A DNA stretch of 64,000 bases from a virus. Its lineage: Duplodnaviria; Caudoviricetes. Both the position numbers and the translations under genes were made by a program. The notes beneath the pieces were generated by a model. That model was given only the letters and a program-made list of their open reading frames with translations. It was not told where the DNA came from and did not search any database. Location: the IMG/VR virus record IMGVR_UViG_3300027818_000041, positions 301 to 64,300 of that record, one strand, 5' to 3'. Below are positions 31,386-41,066 of this stretch, piece after piece (position 1 is the first letter of the stretch; each line of letters opens with the position of its first letter).

Positions 31386-34021
31386 TGGCAACACTTACTG
31401 TAGGACCAGGAAGGGATTACTCTACGATTACCTTGGCGTTAGCTGCATCGCACAATAACGATGTTGTTCTTATTGACCCGGGTTATTATGATGAATTTGT
31501 TTCCCTACCTCAATGGTCTGTTCATTTGTTAGGTAGAAATGCCGACTCTGAAAACACTGACATAATTATAAAATCTATTAAGGCTGCTTCTTTTACTTCT
31601 CATACAACACCTATAACATATATAATGGAGAATATATATATTTATAGGGTAGGAACTGCAATGGCGTCTGTTGCTAATTGGAATTTTTGTTATGCGACAT
31701 TAAGTAGTAGTAATATAATTACTGTTTTTAATAGGTGTAAATTCTATATAAAAGATACTTTAAATAGTTATAATGTTTTTGAAATGACCATACAAAGCTC
31801 TACTTATTGTTATCTTTATGTTATTAATTGTGATTATTTCCGTGATCACGAGATTATCCACTATTTTTATGATTATTATACTACTGCTTGTACTAATTGT
31901 AGAGCTGAATATATAAAACTTAGGTATACATTATATGGTGTTTCAAGAAACAATGCAGATGTTGTTGATTATGTAATCGGTCCTGCTGTTGGTTATGGTG
32001 CCGGATACGGTGGTAAATTTTTAAACTTACCAAAAAGTTATGTATTTACAGGAAGGGTTACAACACTGGGAGCATCTAGCTCTAATGTAGTAAGAGCATA
32101 TCGAAAAAATAATCACACATATGAAGGTTATACTTCTTCTGATCAGGCTACCGGTAACTATACTTTACGTACTACATATTCAGGTGCTCACCAGCTTATA
32201 TGCGAATCTGTGCCAGATCCTCTTTTTAGTGATAAAATTATTTCTCCTGTTGTACCTGCTGTTACCACACCTACTACTCTTTGGGATGAAACCGGTACCT
32301 TAATAGCCACTATAAGTGGAGCAGAGTTTACCAGCCAAGGGTATGGGCTTCCTGTTTTTATATACTTTAAAAACCCGGCGGGGAAAAATACCTTCGATAC
32401 TTCTATTATACTTGATGAATTGGATACTCAAACCCTTAGAAAACGTTGGTCTGTTTGGTCTTCAGAAGAGCCTTATCAATTATGTTGTGAAGTTTTATAC
32501 TGGCAGCCAGAATCTAATCTTGCCTGTGCAACAATAAAACTTCCGTATATTTATACAGATCGTGACACAAATCTTTATATACGTTATGATAAAAATATCT
32601 CCGATAATGTAGCTTTCATGTATGATACGGAGAGTCCTTATTCATACAGTGTTTATACAAATCAGTACTTAGGAGCTTGGACTTTCAATCAAGATCCAGT
32701 TTCTGGGCCTAATTCCCTAATAGATAATACTTTTAATAAGAAGCATGGTATTCCTGTTGGTACATTTTATAGTGCGGATTTAGTTGATAGCCCCACTGGA
32801 AAGGCTTGGCAATTTAATGGAGCTCAATACGTATATACTTCTGATACTAATCTATTAGGATATAATGCAGGAAACTGGTCCATTATGGCTGCTTTTAATG
32901 TCAGTACCACCAGCGGTGTACAAATTATAGATAGGGTGGGTTTATTAGGGGGAGGGTTTGAACTAGGAGTTGATGCTAATGTTCTATATGCTATTGCTGG
33001 TTACCAACTAACACAGGTGCAGGTAACTTGCACCGGAATTTCACCAGATATTTGGTATGTAGCCACAGCTGTTTGTAATAAAACTACGTCTACTTTGTCC
33101 TTATATCTTGATGGTGCTTTAGTGTCTTCTGCAACCAATGCTATTTTTAGTGGTAATATTTTATATTCAAATAGTAATTATATAGGTGGTGCAGCAACCA
33201 GTATCCATTATTTTCCTAAATTATCAATACCCACAGTCCCATCAGGGACATTGCTACACATAACATGCTCGGGGGTGGAAGGGCATCCTTACTTGTATGA
33301 TTCCTCGGGCAATTATACCATTACTAAATATAATCTAACAGGTGCCCCAGGAAATATTACAGCCGTGACGAGTAAAGTGGGCAATGAAAGTTACCATTAT
33401 AATGCCGCTGAATATTTTTCGACTGTTTTGGACAGTAAAGCTGCAATTTTGGAACAAGATTTTAGTGTGTCTTTTTGGTTTTATTATGTTGATAGTTATA
33501 ACAGTGGTTATGATAGTGTTTTTATGATAACAGGGGCTGCGGGCGTAGACACCGCAGCAAACAGTACGAGCTTGGCTTTTTTTGTACAATATAACTCAGA
33601 TGAGTTTTGGTGCCGCATTAGGACAAATACAGGAACAACCATAGCTACTTTTAATTTTGGTAATGTATCTTATAATTCTTGGGTACACTATGCTATTTAT
33701 AGAAAAGGAACCTTGTTTTATGTTAAGAAAGATGGAGAACTTTTCTCTTCGGTTAGTTACACAACAGTTGACATCAATTGGACAGGAAAAAATGTATTTA
33801 TTGGGCATACCCTCTCTAGTTATTGGTGGGGGTATCTGGACAGTATAATTTTTACAGTGGGTAGTGTATATGAACCTACACAAGAAGAACTTGAAAGATA
33901 TAAAACTTATTTAAATGGAAAAATAGACTTTATACATCACGTAGGAAGGGCTTTAACTTCGGACGAAGTCAAACTCATATCCAATTCTTATAAAGATACC
34001 TTATTTACATTTTCTAGTTGA
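31385..34021 (+). CDS. Putative tail fibre/receptor-binding protein (878 aa): beta-helix-like N-terminus, DUF2341-like scaffold and two LamG domains
   Basis: VGPGRDYSTITLAL...DVVLIDPGYYDE is a pectin-lyase/beta-helix entry motif; LCCEVLYW...IKLP...LYIRYD (DUF2341-like); LamG motifs SLYLDG and DFSVSFWFY...WVHYAIYRKG...YLDSI. Confidence 0.6.
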   Translation: MATLTVGPGRDYSTITLALAASHNNDVVLIDPGYYDEFVSLPQWSVHLLGRNADSENTDIIIKSIKAASFTSHTTPITYIMENIYIYRVGTAMASVANWNFCYATLSSSNIITVFNRCKFYIKDTLNSYNVFEMTIQSSTYCYLYVINCDYFRDHEIIHYFYDYYTTACTNCRAEYIKLRYTLYGVSRNNADVVDYVIGPAVGYGAGYGGKFLNLPKSYVFTGRVTTLGASSSNVVRAYRKNNHTYEGYTSSDQATGNYTLRTTYSGAHQLICESVPDPLFSDKIISPVVPAVTTPTTLWDETGTLIATISGAEFTSQGYGLPVFIYFKNPAGKNTFDTSIILDELDTQTLRKRWSVWSSEEPYQLCCEVLYWQPESNLACATIKLPYIYTDRDTNLYIRYDKNISDNVAFMYDTESPYSYSVYTNQYLGAWTFNQDPVSGPNSLIDNTFNKKHGIPVGTFYSADLVDSPTGKAWQFNGAQYVYTSDTNLLGYNAGNWSIMAAFNVSTTSGVQIIDRVGLLGGGFELGVDANVLYAIAGYQLTQVQVTCTGISPDIWYVATAVCNKTTSTLSLYLDGALVSSATNAIFSGNILYSNSNYIGGAATSIHYFPKLSIPTVPSGTLLHITCSGVEGHPYLYDSSGNYTITKYNLTGAPGNITAVTSKVGNESYHYNAAEYFSTVLDSKAAILEQDFSVSFWFYYVDSYNSGYDSVFMITGAAGVDTAANSTSLAFFVQYNSDEFWCRIRTNTGTTIATFNFGNVSYNSWVHYAIYRKGTLFYVKKDGELFSSVSYTTVDINWTGKNVFIGHTLSSYWWGYLDSIIFTVGSVYEPTQEELERYKTYLNGKIDFIHHVGRALTSDEVKLISNSYKDTLFTFSS

Positions 34022-34046
34022 CATTTTTAAATTTATACAGTATTAT
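34018..34046 (+). promoter_or_regulatory. Sigma70-type promoter at the start of the replication module
   Basis: TTGACA (34018-34023), 17-nt spacer, TATTAT (34041-34046); AAGGAG RBS at 34067-34072 before ATG 34078. Confidence 0.75.
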
Positions 34047-34077
34047 GCTATAAGATATAATTTAACAAGGAGTTTTT

Positions 34078-35211
34078 ATGTATTTTTTAATTGATGCATT
34101 TTATGGCTTACACATTCTGTCGGATCTCAGGGTTGTAGCCAGTCAGACTTCTGAGGGACCTGAAAGCTACGTGTTTATAGACGCAAGTGAAAAATCTGTA
34201 TATTTCCTTGCCAGCTCTGGGTATAAAGCCATAGATTTTGTGATTAAGGACAAAGTGGTTATAAAGGCTGTTGGGCGTCTTGCTGTTTCTTATAAAAAAT
34301 TAATGAGATTTATGCTTGCTTTTAAGGAGCTTAATCTGGAGGGGTGTACTTTTGAGTTTAGTTTAACTCCAGGTTTATTAGAGGTAAATTTCAAAGATAA
34401 GAATAATTATAAAAAAGCCGGCGTTCGTATTCAAACAGGCAACCATCAGAGGGTTCCAATTCCTTCTACTTATACTGATACATCTTTTATAATAAATGGT
34501 ATATCCATAAAGTCAGCTATAAATAAAATTAGGTTTGCTATTGATAAGGACCACGCAGTAATGTCTCTAAGAAATGTTTACCTCTCCTTAAACAAGGAAG
34601 AGGGATTTGTTTCTTTTGTGGGGACTAATGGGGTTGTCCTTTCTGAGGTTAAAGTGTCTACCCCTGTAGACACTAGCTGCGCTTATTTGATTCCATTGGG
34701 GCATTTAGTAGCCCTGTCTGTACTTTCCAATATAGATGTTCCTGTTCTAGTAGGAATCTATGATGGGAATATAAAATTTAAGTTTGGTGGTGGATGTTAC
34801 CACGGAGTTATACAGAAAAATCTTTCTTTTCAGGAAGGGTACGAGAAGCTTCTCTCTGACTACGCCCAGGTTGTGTCTATATCAACTTCCGATCTTTTAC
34901 CAGCTCTCGGTGCTTTGGTAGGTGTTCTTGATAAAGATGCAGATCCCGCTGTAACAATTTTAGTTACAAAAACAGATATTACTTTTAAGCACGACACATC
35001 AATGTTTAAGTTTGAACATAAATCCGAGAATGTAGAAGGAGATCCTATAGTACATCTAGACGCTAATTATTTATTACGAACGGTACAAGCACACGGAAGA
35101 TCAAATCAAATCAATTTATGCTTGACAGGGAACTGTTTACCTGTTATAATTAAAAATGTCAGTGATAGTATGACTCATAGTTCTATAATTGCTCCTATAG
35201 CCAAAAAATAA
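34078..35211 (+). CDS. dnaN: DNA polymerase III beta subunit-like sliding clamp
   Basis: 377 aa; AINKIRFAI...LRNVYL...VGTNGVVLS and HLDANYLL resemble conserved DnaN segments (ATDGHRLA, GFNVSY); divergent. Confidence 0.75.
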   Translation: MYFLIDAFYGLHILSDLRVVASQTSEGPESYVFIDASEKSVYFLASSGYKAIDFVIKDKVVIKAVGRLAVSYKKLMRFMLAFKELNLEGCTFEFSLTPGLLEVNFKDKNNYKKAGVRIQTGNHQRVPIPSTYTDTSFIINGISIKSAINKIRFAIDKDHAVMSLRNVYLSLNKEEGFVSFVGTNGVVLSEVKVSTPVDTSCAYLIPLGHLVALSVLSNIDVPVLVGIYDGNIKFKFGGGCYHGVIQKNLSFQEGYEKLLSDYAQVVSISTSDLLPALGALVGVLDKDADPAVTILVTKTDITFKHDTSMFKFEHKSENVEGDPIVHLDANYLLRTVQAHGRSNQINLCLTGNCLPVIIKNVSDSMTHSSIIAPIAKK

Positions 35212-35212
35212 C

Positions 35213-35806
35213 ATGTTAAAAGATGAATTCGTGTATAAAGTGTTGAAACTAAAAGAATTAGATTCTGATGAGGTTTCTTTTTTGGAACTTGCTGAGTCTT
35301 ATTTAGTAGGCAGCGGTTATAGGGTTTTTACACCTATCAGTGTTGGTTTGGAGTTTAAGCTAACAAAATACTCTGATCTGGTTATGTTGTTTTATCATTT
35401 ATATTATTTGTTGTATGCTGAGGAATTACCTCCCCCGCAAAACAAAGCTGCCGATTTTAAGATTGCAGCTGCTTTTGTAAAATCCCGTCAAGCAATTGCT
35501 GGGTCTAAGATTTCAAAAAAAAGAGCTTTGGAGGAATGCGCTTTAATAATAAAAACTGTTCTCTTGAATAAGGATTCTTTTCATTTCAACCAACCACTTC
35601 GATTCTGGATGTTTGGAACGGATACATGTAAATGGATTACAGATAAAGCATTGGATATTATAAGAATAGAGAAACATCTTTTATCTGAAGCTAAACTAGA
35701 AGAGGAAAGCAATTTATTTTCAAGATCTTTACCTGATAAAGAGTTACACATTAATTTAGATGTTCAATTAGAAAAAGTTAGAAGTAGAGAGAATTCACAT
35801 GGTTAA
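35213..35806 (+). CDS. Hypothetical helical protein in the replication module
   Basis: 197-aa ORF coupled between the clamp and RecA genes; no recognised motif. Confidence 0.55.
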   Translation: MLKDEFVYKVLKLKELDSDEVSFLELAESYLVGSGYRVFTPISVGLEFKLTKYSDLVMLFYHLYYLLYAEELPPPQNKAADFKIAAAFVKSRQAIAGSKISKKRALEECALIIKTVLLNKDSFHFNQPLRFWMFGTDTCKWITDKALDIIRIEKHLLSEAKLEEESNLFSRSLPDKELHINLDVQLEKVRSRENSHG

Positions 35807-36875
35807 GAAAGAAAAAGAAGAAGTGCAACAAGTTGAGTCAAAATCCGCTTCAAGTTTAGATGTGGCACGTAAGGCTATTGAAAAGAAGTTCGGGGATGTA
35901 GTCCGTCCTATGATTTTTAAGTCTACTGTGCTTCCAACAATATCTACTCGCAGTTTGGGGTTAGATTTTGCTTTGGGTCATGGCGGAGTAGCTCTAGGAA
36001 GACATTATGAGTGTTATGGCGAAAATAGCTCAGGTAAAACCACACTAGCTATGTCCATTATAGCTGAAGCGCAGTCAAGAGGGATGATCGCTGCTTTTGT
36101 TGATAGCGAGCATAGCTGTGATCCTACTTTGTTTAAGAATATGGGAGTAGATCTAGAAAGGCTTTTGATAATTGATGCCTACACTGGTGAGAAGAATTTG
36201 ATGGTTGCAGAAACTTTAATGAAAAGCAAGTCCCTTGATTTGTTGGTTATAGACTCAGTCCCAAGTCTCATACCGGAAATAATCACTGAAACAGATCTTG
36301 ATAAAGATACGATGGCGCTTCTTGCCAGGTTAATGTCTAAGGCATTATTACGTTTGGTGCCCTTGGCTTCAGAAACAAACACCTGTGTTATATGGATAAA
36401 TCAAACAAGACAGGCTATTGGGGGGTACGGATCCCAAACAGTAACTCCAGGAGGTACTGCTTTAGGTTTTTATACTACGGGCAGAATAAAGGTTTCTGGT
36501 ATGGGGAGTAAAGCCAACCGCATTCATGATGATAAAGGAAACCTTATAGGGCATTTAACTACATTTGAAACCATAAAGAATAAACTAAACACACCCCACA
36601 AACTTGCTACTGTGCCTTTATATTATGGGAAGGGATATGATATGATGTGGGAAGTCATTACACTTGCTACGGATTTGGGTCTATTAGACAAAGCCGGATC
36701 TTGGTATAAATATAATGGAAGCTCCATAGGACAGGGAGAATCAGGTGTACGTGAATTTTTTACTAAAAATGTAGAGGTGTACTCTGTAATAAAAGATGAG
36801 GTAATTATTTCACTAGGACTTGATGAGTATTATAAGGCACAAAAAGCAGCCGATGCGTTACGCAACGGAAATTAA
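35799..36875 (+). CDS. recA: RecA recombinase
   Basis: Walker A GENSSGKTT, DSEH, Walker B LLVIDSV, ARLMSKALL, WINQTR, TPGG..L.FY, KNKL, AGSWY. Confidence 0.95.
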   Translation: MVKKEKEEVQQVESKSASSLDVARKAIEKKFGDVVRPMIFKSTVLPTISTRSLGLDFALGHGGVALGRHYECYGENSSGKTTLAMSIIAEAQSRGMIAAFVDSEHSCDPTLFKNMGVDLERLLIIDAYTGEKNLMVAETLMKSKSLDLLVIDSVPSLIPEIITETDLDKDTMALLARLMSKALLRLVPLASETNTCVIWINQTRQAIGGYGSQTVTPGGTALGFYTTGRIKVSGMGSKANRIHDDKGNLIGHLTTFETIKNKLNTPHKLATVPLYYGKGYDMMWEVITLATDLGLLDKAGSWYKYNGSSIGQGESGVREFFTKNVEVYSVIKDEVIISLGLDEYYKAQKAADALRNGN

Positions 36876-36896
36876 TTTCTTTTATAGGCAAAGCAT

Positions 36897-37250
36897 GTGA
36901 GTAAGCTCTCTGATACTGTATTTAGTTGCATTCAGGAATTATTTCCCTATCATACTATAATAAAGGAATATTATGTAAACTATAAAAACACAAAACTTTT
37001 TTTTGATTTTTATATAAAAGACTTGGGTGTTCTTATAGAATGTCAAGGGGAACAGCATCAGACTTTTGTTAAGCATTTTCATGATACTAAAGCCCAGTTT
37101 TTAGCACAGAAAAAACGTGACAACATGAAAATTGAGTTTTTAGAAGATACCCATTTAATTTTGGTTTTTTTCTACGACAAAGTAGATAACATAACTCCCG
37201 ACTTTGTTATAAATAAAATATATGAGGCACAATGTGGTATACCTGATTAA
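36897..37250 (+). CDS. Vsr/DUF559-like PD-(D/E)XK endonuclease
   Basis: LFFDFYIKDLGVLIECQGEQH...QKKRDNMK motif. Confidence 0.7.
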   Translation: MSKLSDTVFSCIQELFPYHTIIKEYYVNYKNTKLFFDFYIKDLGVLIECQGEQHQTFVKHFHDTKAQFLAQKKRDNMKIEFLEDTHLILVFFYDKVDNITPDFVINKIYEAQCGIPD

Positions 37251-37491
37251 TGTTAACGCCAAAACCCATTGTAAAGACTGTCGAGACTGGGAACCCCTTA
37301 AAGGACCAGGACAGGGTTTAGTGGGTGATCCTAAGTACTGTAATCTTAGTCTTAAATGCCGCCAGATTGGTATGAAGTCTGATTGGTACCAGTTTTATAA
37401 TCCCGAAACAGGTTTCTATGAGTTTGATTATTTCTGTACTGGTATGCGGGTTACAGAGGAGAACAAAAAAAGCGACGACGAGGTGTCTTGA
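37222..37491 (+). CDS. Small Cys-rich hypothetical protein
   Basis: HCKDC...C...C...C; GTG 37234 after GAGG is a possible true start. Confidence 0.5.
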   Translation: MRHNVVYLINVNAKTHCKDCRDWEPLKGPGQGLVGDPKYCNLSLKCRQIGMKSDWYQFYNPETGFYEFDYFCTGMRVTEENKKSDDEVS

Positions 37492-37943
37492 TGGATGAAG
37501 GTAAGTTTCCACATCTTAATACAGTTCCTCATTTGGGGTTTATGAATGAAGTTTTTGGGTATGATGTTAGGCGTTTAGAATCCACCGAGGCATATGTGAT
37601 TAGTAAATATGTTGTGGGGCTGTCACAATATCTTGTTTACTTAAATAGTGAGATGAACAGGCTAAAGGGGATAGTTTTGCAGAAGAGAAGATTCCTTGAT
37701 AACTCCGTAAATCAACATCTTACTAAGGAGATATTGAAAGAGTATACAGCAAAAAAAGATGCGGCTTCATTTGTGATAGCCTCTTCCCCTGAACTTATTA
37801 CCGCCCAGGAAGAAATGGAAGACGCTCAAGATCAGTTGTACCTACTTGAAGGTTCAGATAAATCATTGGCAGAACTAGTAGCTGCATTCAAAAGAGAACT
37901 AACAAGAAGAGAGCACGAACGTCAATTTTCTTCAAAACAATAA
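37488..37943 (+). CDS. Coiled-coil protein, possibly a UvsY-like recombination mediator
   Basis: 151 aa, helical heptad pattern, located between recA and dnaB; only loose resemblance to UvsY. Confidence 0.35.
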   Translation: MMDEGKFPHLNTVPHLGFMNEVFGYDVRRLESTEAYVISKYVVGLSQYLVYLNSEMNRLKGIVLQKRRFLDNSVNQHLTKEILKEYTAKKDAASFVIASSPELITAQEEMEDAQDQLYLLEGSDKSLAELVAAFKRELTRREHERQFSSKQ

Positions 37944-37955
37944 TTTGGATTTTTA

Positions 37956-39359
37956 ATGCGCCGAAAAACAGAACTTATAGATGATGTCGCTTTGGCTTTT
38001 TGTAACCCTACCTACGAGCGTATGGTTTTAAGCAGCGGTATAGCCGACAAAAATAAATTTTTTACAATACTGTCTAATTTAGAAGAGATAGACTTTTTAT
38101 CAGACGATAATCGTCTTATATTTTCTATTCTAAAAACTATTTACTCAAGAAATGTACAGGATTTTGATACTTCTATAATTGTAATTTATGCTAAAGATTT
38201 AGGAGTGTATGATAAGATAGGGGGGACCGATTACATTCTTGCTCTTCAGAAGATGTCCTCCACTATATCCGATTCTAATTTTGAATATGCTCTTAGACAA
38301 GTTATTGAGATAAGTACTAAGTTTAAATTATATAATAAAATTTCATTACATCGTCTAGAGATTGAAAACAACGTAGGTTCTGACAGTACAAAAACAGCAT
38401 CTGACTTGATTGGGGCACTTCATTCTTCGATCCTTGATCTGTCTATGAGTAATAAAATCGGGGTGGAGCCCAGACACATAGGGGATGGTCTTGACGAATT
38501 CATCGAAGATCGTAAAAATAAAAGTATATCTATAGTAGGGCTTCCTACGGGGTATGCTGTGCTTGACAAACAAATAGACGGACAGATTGCCGGAACTTTG
38601 TTTGTTGTTGCTGCTCGTAAAAAGCAGGGCAAAAGTGCCTTGCTCACAAATATAGCATTGAATGTAGGTATTGATCAAGGTGTTTCTGTATTATACATAG
38701 ACACAGAGATGTCCTTTCAAGAGTGGCGTACTCGGGCTTTGTCTGCTATTTCTGGGGTAGATGAGCGTTATATAAAACACGGTAATTATACGCCAGAAGC
38801 ATATGACAAATTATGCAAGGCTTCAGAGATTATTAAGAAGAGTAGAGTTTTTCATCATTACCTTCCTGGATATAATTTAGATAAGATTACAGCTTTATAT
38901 AAAAAATATAAGATAAAAGAAAATATTGGACTTGGTATTTTTGATTATATAAAAGAGCCTGAGTCTTCGAGTATAGATCGACAGCGAAAAGAATACCAGA
39001 TATTAGGGGATGTGGCAACTCGTTTGAAAGATTTAGCGGGGGAGCTAGAAATACCTTTTACATCCGCGGTGCAACTCAACAGAGATGGAGATATTGCTGA
39101 TTCGGATCGTATAGCACGTTACGCAGATGTTACTGCTTTCTGGGCACCACGTGACGAGAAGATGATAAAAGATTTTGCTATAGACCCAACAAGAAACGGG
39201 TATTTTGGATTAACTATAAAAGATACGCGGAGGGGAGGTACTACAATAGAACCAGGAATTGGTTTTTATTTTCATAAGCATATACTAAAAATAGTAGAGG
39301 TTAGCAAAGAGTATCAAATTATTCCATTGTTTGGTGAGGAATCTCGCCGGGAGGAGTAG
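37956..39359 (+). CDS. dnaB: Replicative DnaB-like helicase
   Basis: VGLPTGYAVLD, Walker A AARKKQGKS, YIDTEM, IFDYI, AVQLNR, IADSDRIARYAD. Confidence 0.9.
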   Translation: MRRKTELIDDVALAFCNPTYERMVLSSGIADKNKFFTILSNLEEIDFLSDDNRLIFSILKTIYSRNVQDFDTSIIVIYAKDLGVYDKIGGTDYILALQKMSSTISDSNFEYALRQVIEISTKFKLYNKISLHRLEIENNVGSDSTKTASDLIGALHSSILDLSMSNKIGVEPRHIGDGLDEFIEDRKNKSISIVGLPTGYAVLDKQIDGQIAGTLFVVAARKKQGKSALLTNIALNVGIDQGVSVLYIDTEMSFQEWRTRALSAISGVDERYIKHGNYTPEAYDKLCKASEIIKKSRVFHHYLPGYNLDKITALYKKYKIKENIGLGIFDYIKEPESSSIDRQRKEYQILGDVATRLKDLAGELEIPFTSAVQLNRDGDIADSDRIARYADVTAFWAPRDEKMIKDFAIDPTRNGYFGLTIKDTRRGGTTIEPGIGFYFHKHILKIVEVSKEYQIIPLFGEESRREE

Positions 39360-39361
39360 TT

Positions 39362-40372
39362 TTGGATCTTGAAAGGGATGATATAGAGTTATTAAAGGTG
39401 AGTGTAGACCCCGAGAGTTTATTACGTACCTTAGGGTTTTCTATAAACAAAGAGACTCATAAAGATTTACGGGGTTCTTGCTTGGTTCATGGTGGGGACA
39501 ATACCAGCGCTTTTAGATTTAACAAGGAGAACTATACCTGGACGTGTTTTTCTAATAAATGTCACGAGCAATATGGTAACGATGTTGTTGGTTTAATAAT
39601 GGCTGTAAATAAGATTTCTTTTTCGGAGGCTGTTACTTTTTTGGCAGATTTTGTTGGGGATTCCCGTGTAACAAAGGAATCTGTTTCAAAGTACAAGGCG
39701 ACCCGGGAACGTAAATCTTTTATAAGAGATGTAGGTATTTTACAGAAACCCGATATAGTTAATGAAGATTTTTTAAAGGAATGTATAAAGTTTAGATCTA
39801 ATTTTTTTTATCAAGAAGGTTTCTCTAAGAAAACTCTTGATTTCTTTGAGGTGGCTGGGGGGTATGTAGATAAAATAGGACATGCTCGTGATATCATACC
39901 TATAAGGAATGACGTAGGGGAGCTGGTTGCTTATTCCTTCAGAGATGTAACAAAAAAATGTAATGAAGATTTTAAATATTTAGCCACAGACCTTTTTGAT
40001 AAGGATCGAGTATTGTATAATCTTCATAATGCCAAGGTTTTTGGTGCAGAAACGCCTTTGATTGTTGTGGAGGGGTTTAAAAGTGTTTGGCGTTTACATG
40101 ATTTTGGTTTTTATAACTGTGTATCCATTATGGGATCTCTCATAAGTCACGGACAGCTAAACCTCCTATTAGCTTATGCTTTGAAGGGGGTCATAATAAT
40201 GTTTGATAATGATAAGCCAGGGAAAAAGGGAACAGATTTAGCGTTGAAGATGTTTAAAAATAAATTAAAAAGTATTCCTGTCTACATAAAAGAAGAAACT
40301 TCGGAGGGGAAGGGGTTGGATCCATCAGATTTAACATTAGATCAATTTCTGGCTTATGTAGAGGCTTTATGA
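39362..40372 (+). CDS. dnaG: DnaG-type primase (CHC2 zinc finger plus TOPRIM)
   Basis: CLVHGGDN...WTCFSNKC; VVEGFKSV; MFDNDKPG; DPSD. Confidence 0.9.
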   Translation: MDLERDDIELLKVSVDPESLLRTLGFSINKETHKDLRGSCLVHGGDNTSAFRFNKENYTWTCFSNKCHEQYGNDVVGLIMAVNKISFSEAVTFLADFVGDSRVTKESVSKYKATRERKSFIRDVGILQKPDIVNEDFLKECIKFRSNFFYQEGFSKKTLDFFEVAGGYVDKIGHARDIIPIRNDVGELVAYSFRDVTKKCNEDFKYLATDLFDKDRVLYNLHNAKVFGAETPLIVVEGFKSVWRLHDFGFYNCVSIMGSLISHGQLNLLLAYALKGVIIMFDNDKPGKKGTDLALKMFKNKLKSIPVYIKEETSEGKGLDPSDLTLDQFLAYVEAL

Positions 40373-40683
40373 CCGAGTCGGTTGAAAATCGTATAGTTCT
40401 TTCTGGCTATATACATATAGATAAGATAAGTGAAACAGAGAATGACTCCTGGATGTATAAAGGTAGATTGTTTTTTAATTCTAATTTGGTTGGAAATAAT
40501 TTTAATCTTACAGCCTGGGGAGAGGTTGCTTTGCTTTTAAGTGAAGTTATGGATAGAACTAATATCACCGTAGTGGGACATATTTCTGTGAGTGAATACA
40601 CAAGTAAATGTTTATCTTGTGGTAATAGTATAAAACGTAATTGGGTAGATGTTACCGTAGCATCATTTCGAATTTTAAAATAA
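40369..40683 (+). CDS. ssb: Short OB-fold single-stranded DNA-binding protein-like
   Basis: NRIVLSG, LTAWGEVA, ITVVGHI...Y match SSB strands; lacks the acidic tail; contains a CLSC insert. Confidence 0.6.
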   Translation: MTESVENRIVLSGYIHIDKISETENDSWMYKGRLFFNSNLVGNNFNLTAWGEVALLLSEVMDRTNITVVGHISVSEYTSKCLSCGNSIKRNWVDVTVASFRILK

Positions 40684-40695
40684 ATGGGAGGTTGT

Positions 40696-41061
40696 ATGAC
40701 TGAGACAGAGACTGTAGAGTTGGAAGATAAGACCGGCACACCAGGATTGGTATTTCTTCCAGCGAGGGATTATAAATTCAAAGTAGATAAACAAACACAT
40801 GTAATAAAACTTCCAATAGAAGGTGATTTTAGGTATTTAGCGGATAAAACTTTATTTCCTGGGGAGGGGAAATATAAACTTGCTAAAGAAGTAGATGGTA
40901 AGATGGTCGTTAGCTTGTCAATTCTTATAAAAGCTTTATTCGCAGATTCAAAATATCCAGATCTTGCGGACAATGAATGTTTTGTTCCATTAGCCATGGT
41001 TATATCGGATTCTGATGTTACGATAGCTGGAAAGGTAATTGAATTTAAAGTGGAGAAGTAA
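40696..41061 (+). CDS. Hypothetical protein
   Basis: GGAGG RBS (40687-40691) favours ATG 40696 over the track start 40684; no motif recognised. Confidence 0.5.
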   Translation: MTETETVELEDKTGTPGLVFLPARDYKFKVDKQTHVIKLPIEGDFRYLADKTLFPGEGKYKLAKEVDGKMVVSLSILIKALFADSKYPDLADNECFVPLAMVISDSDVTIAGKVIEFKVEK

Positions 41062-41066
41062 GTGCC

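Noticed and set aside
16047-34021. Diversity-generating retroelement acting on the tail fibres
   Set aside because: No reverse transcriptase and no near-identical template/variable repeat pair noticed by eye; a self-dotplot would be needed to exclude it fully.
35799-39359. Inteins in RecA or DnaB
   Set aside because: Both have ordinary lengths with contiguous motifs and no splice-junction signatures.
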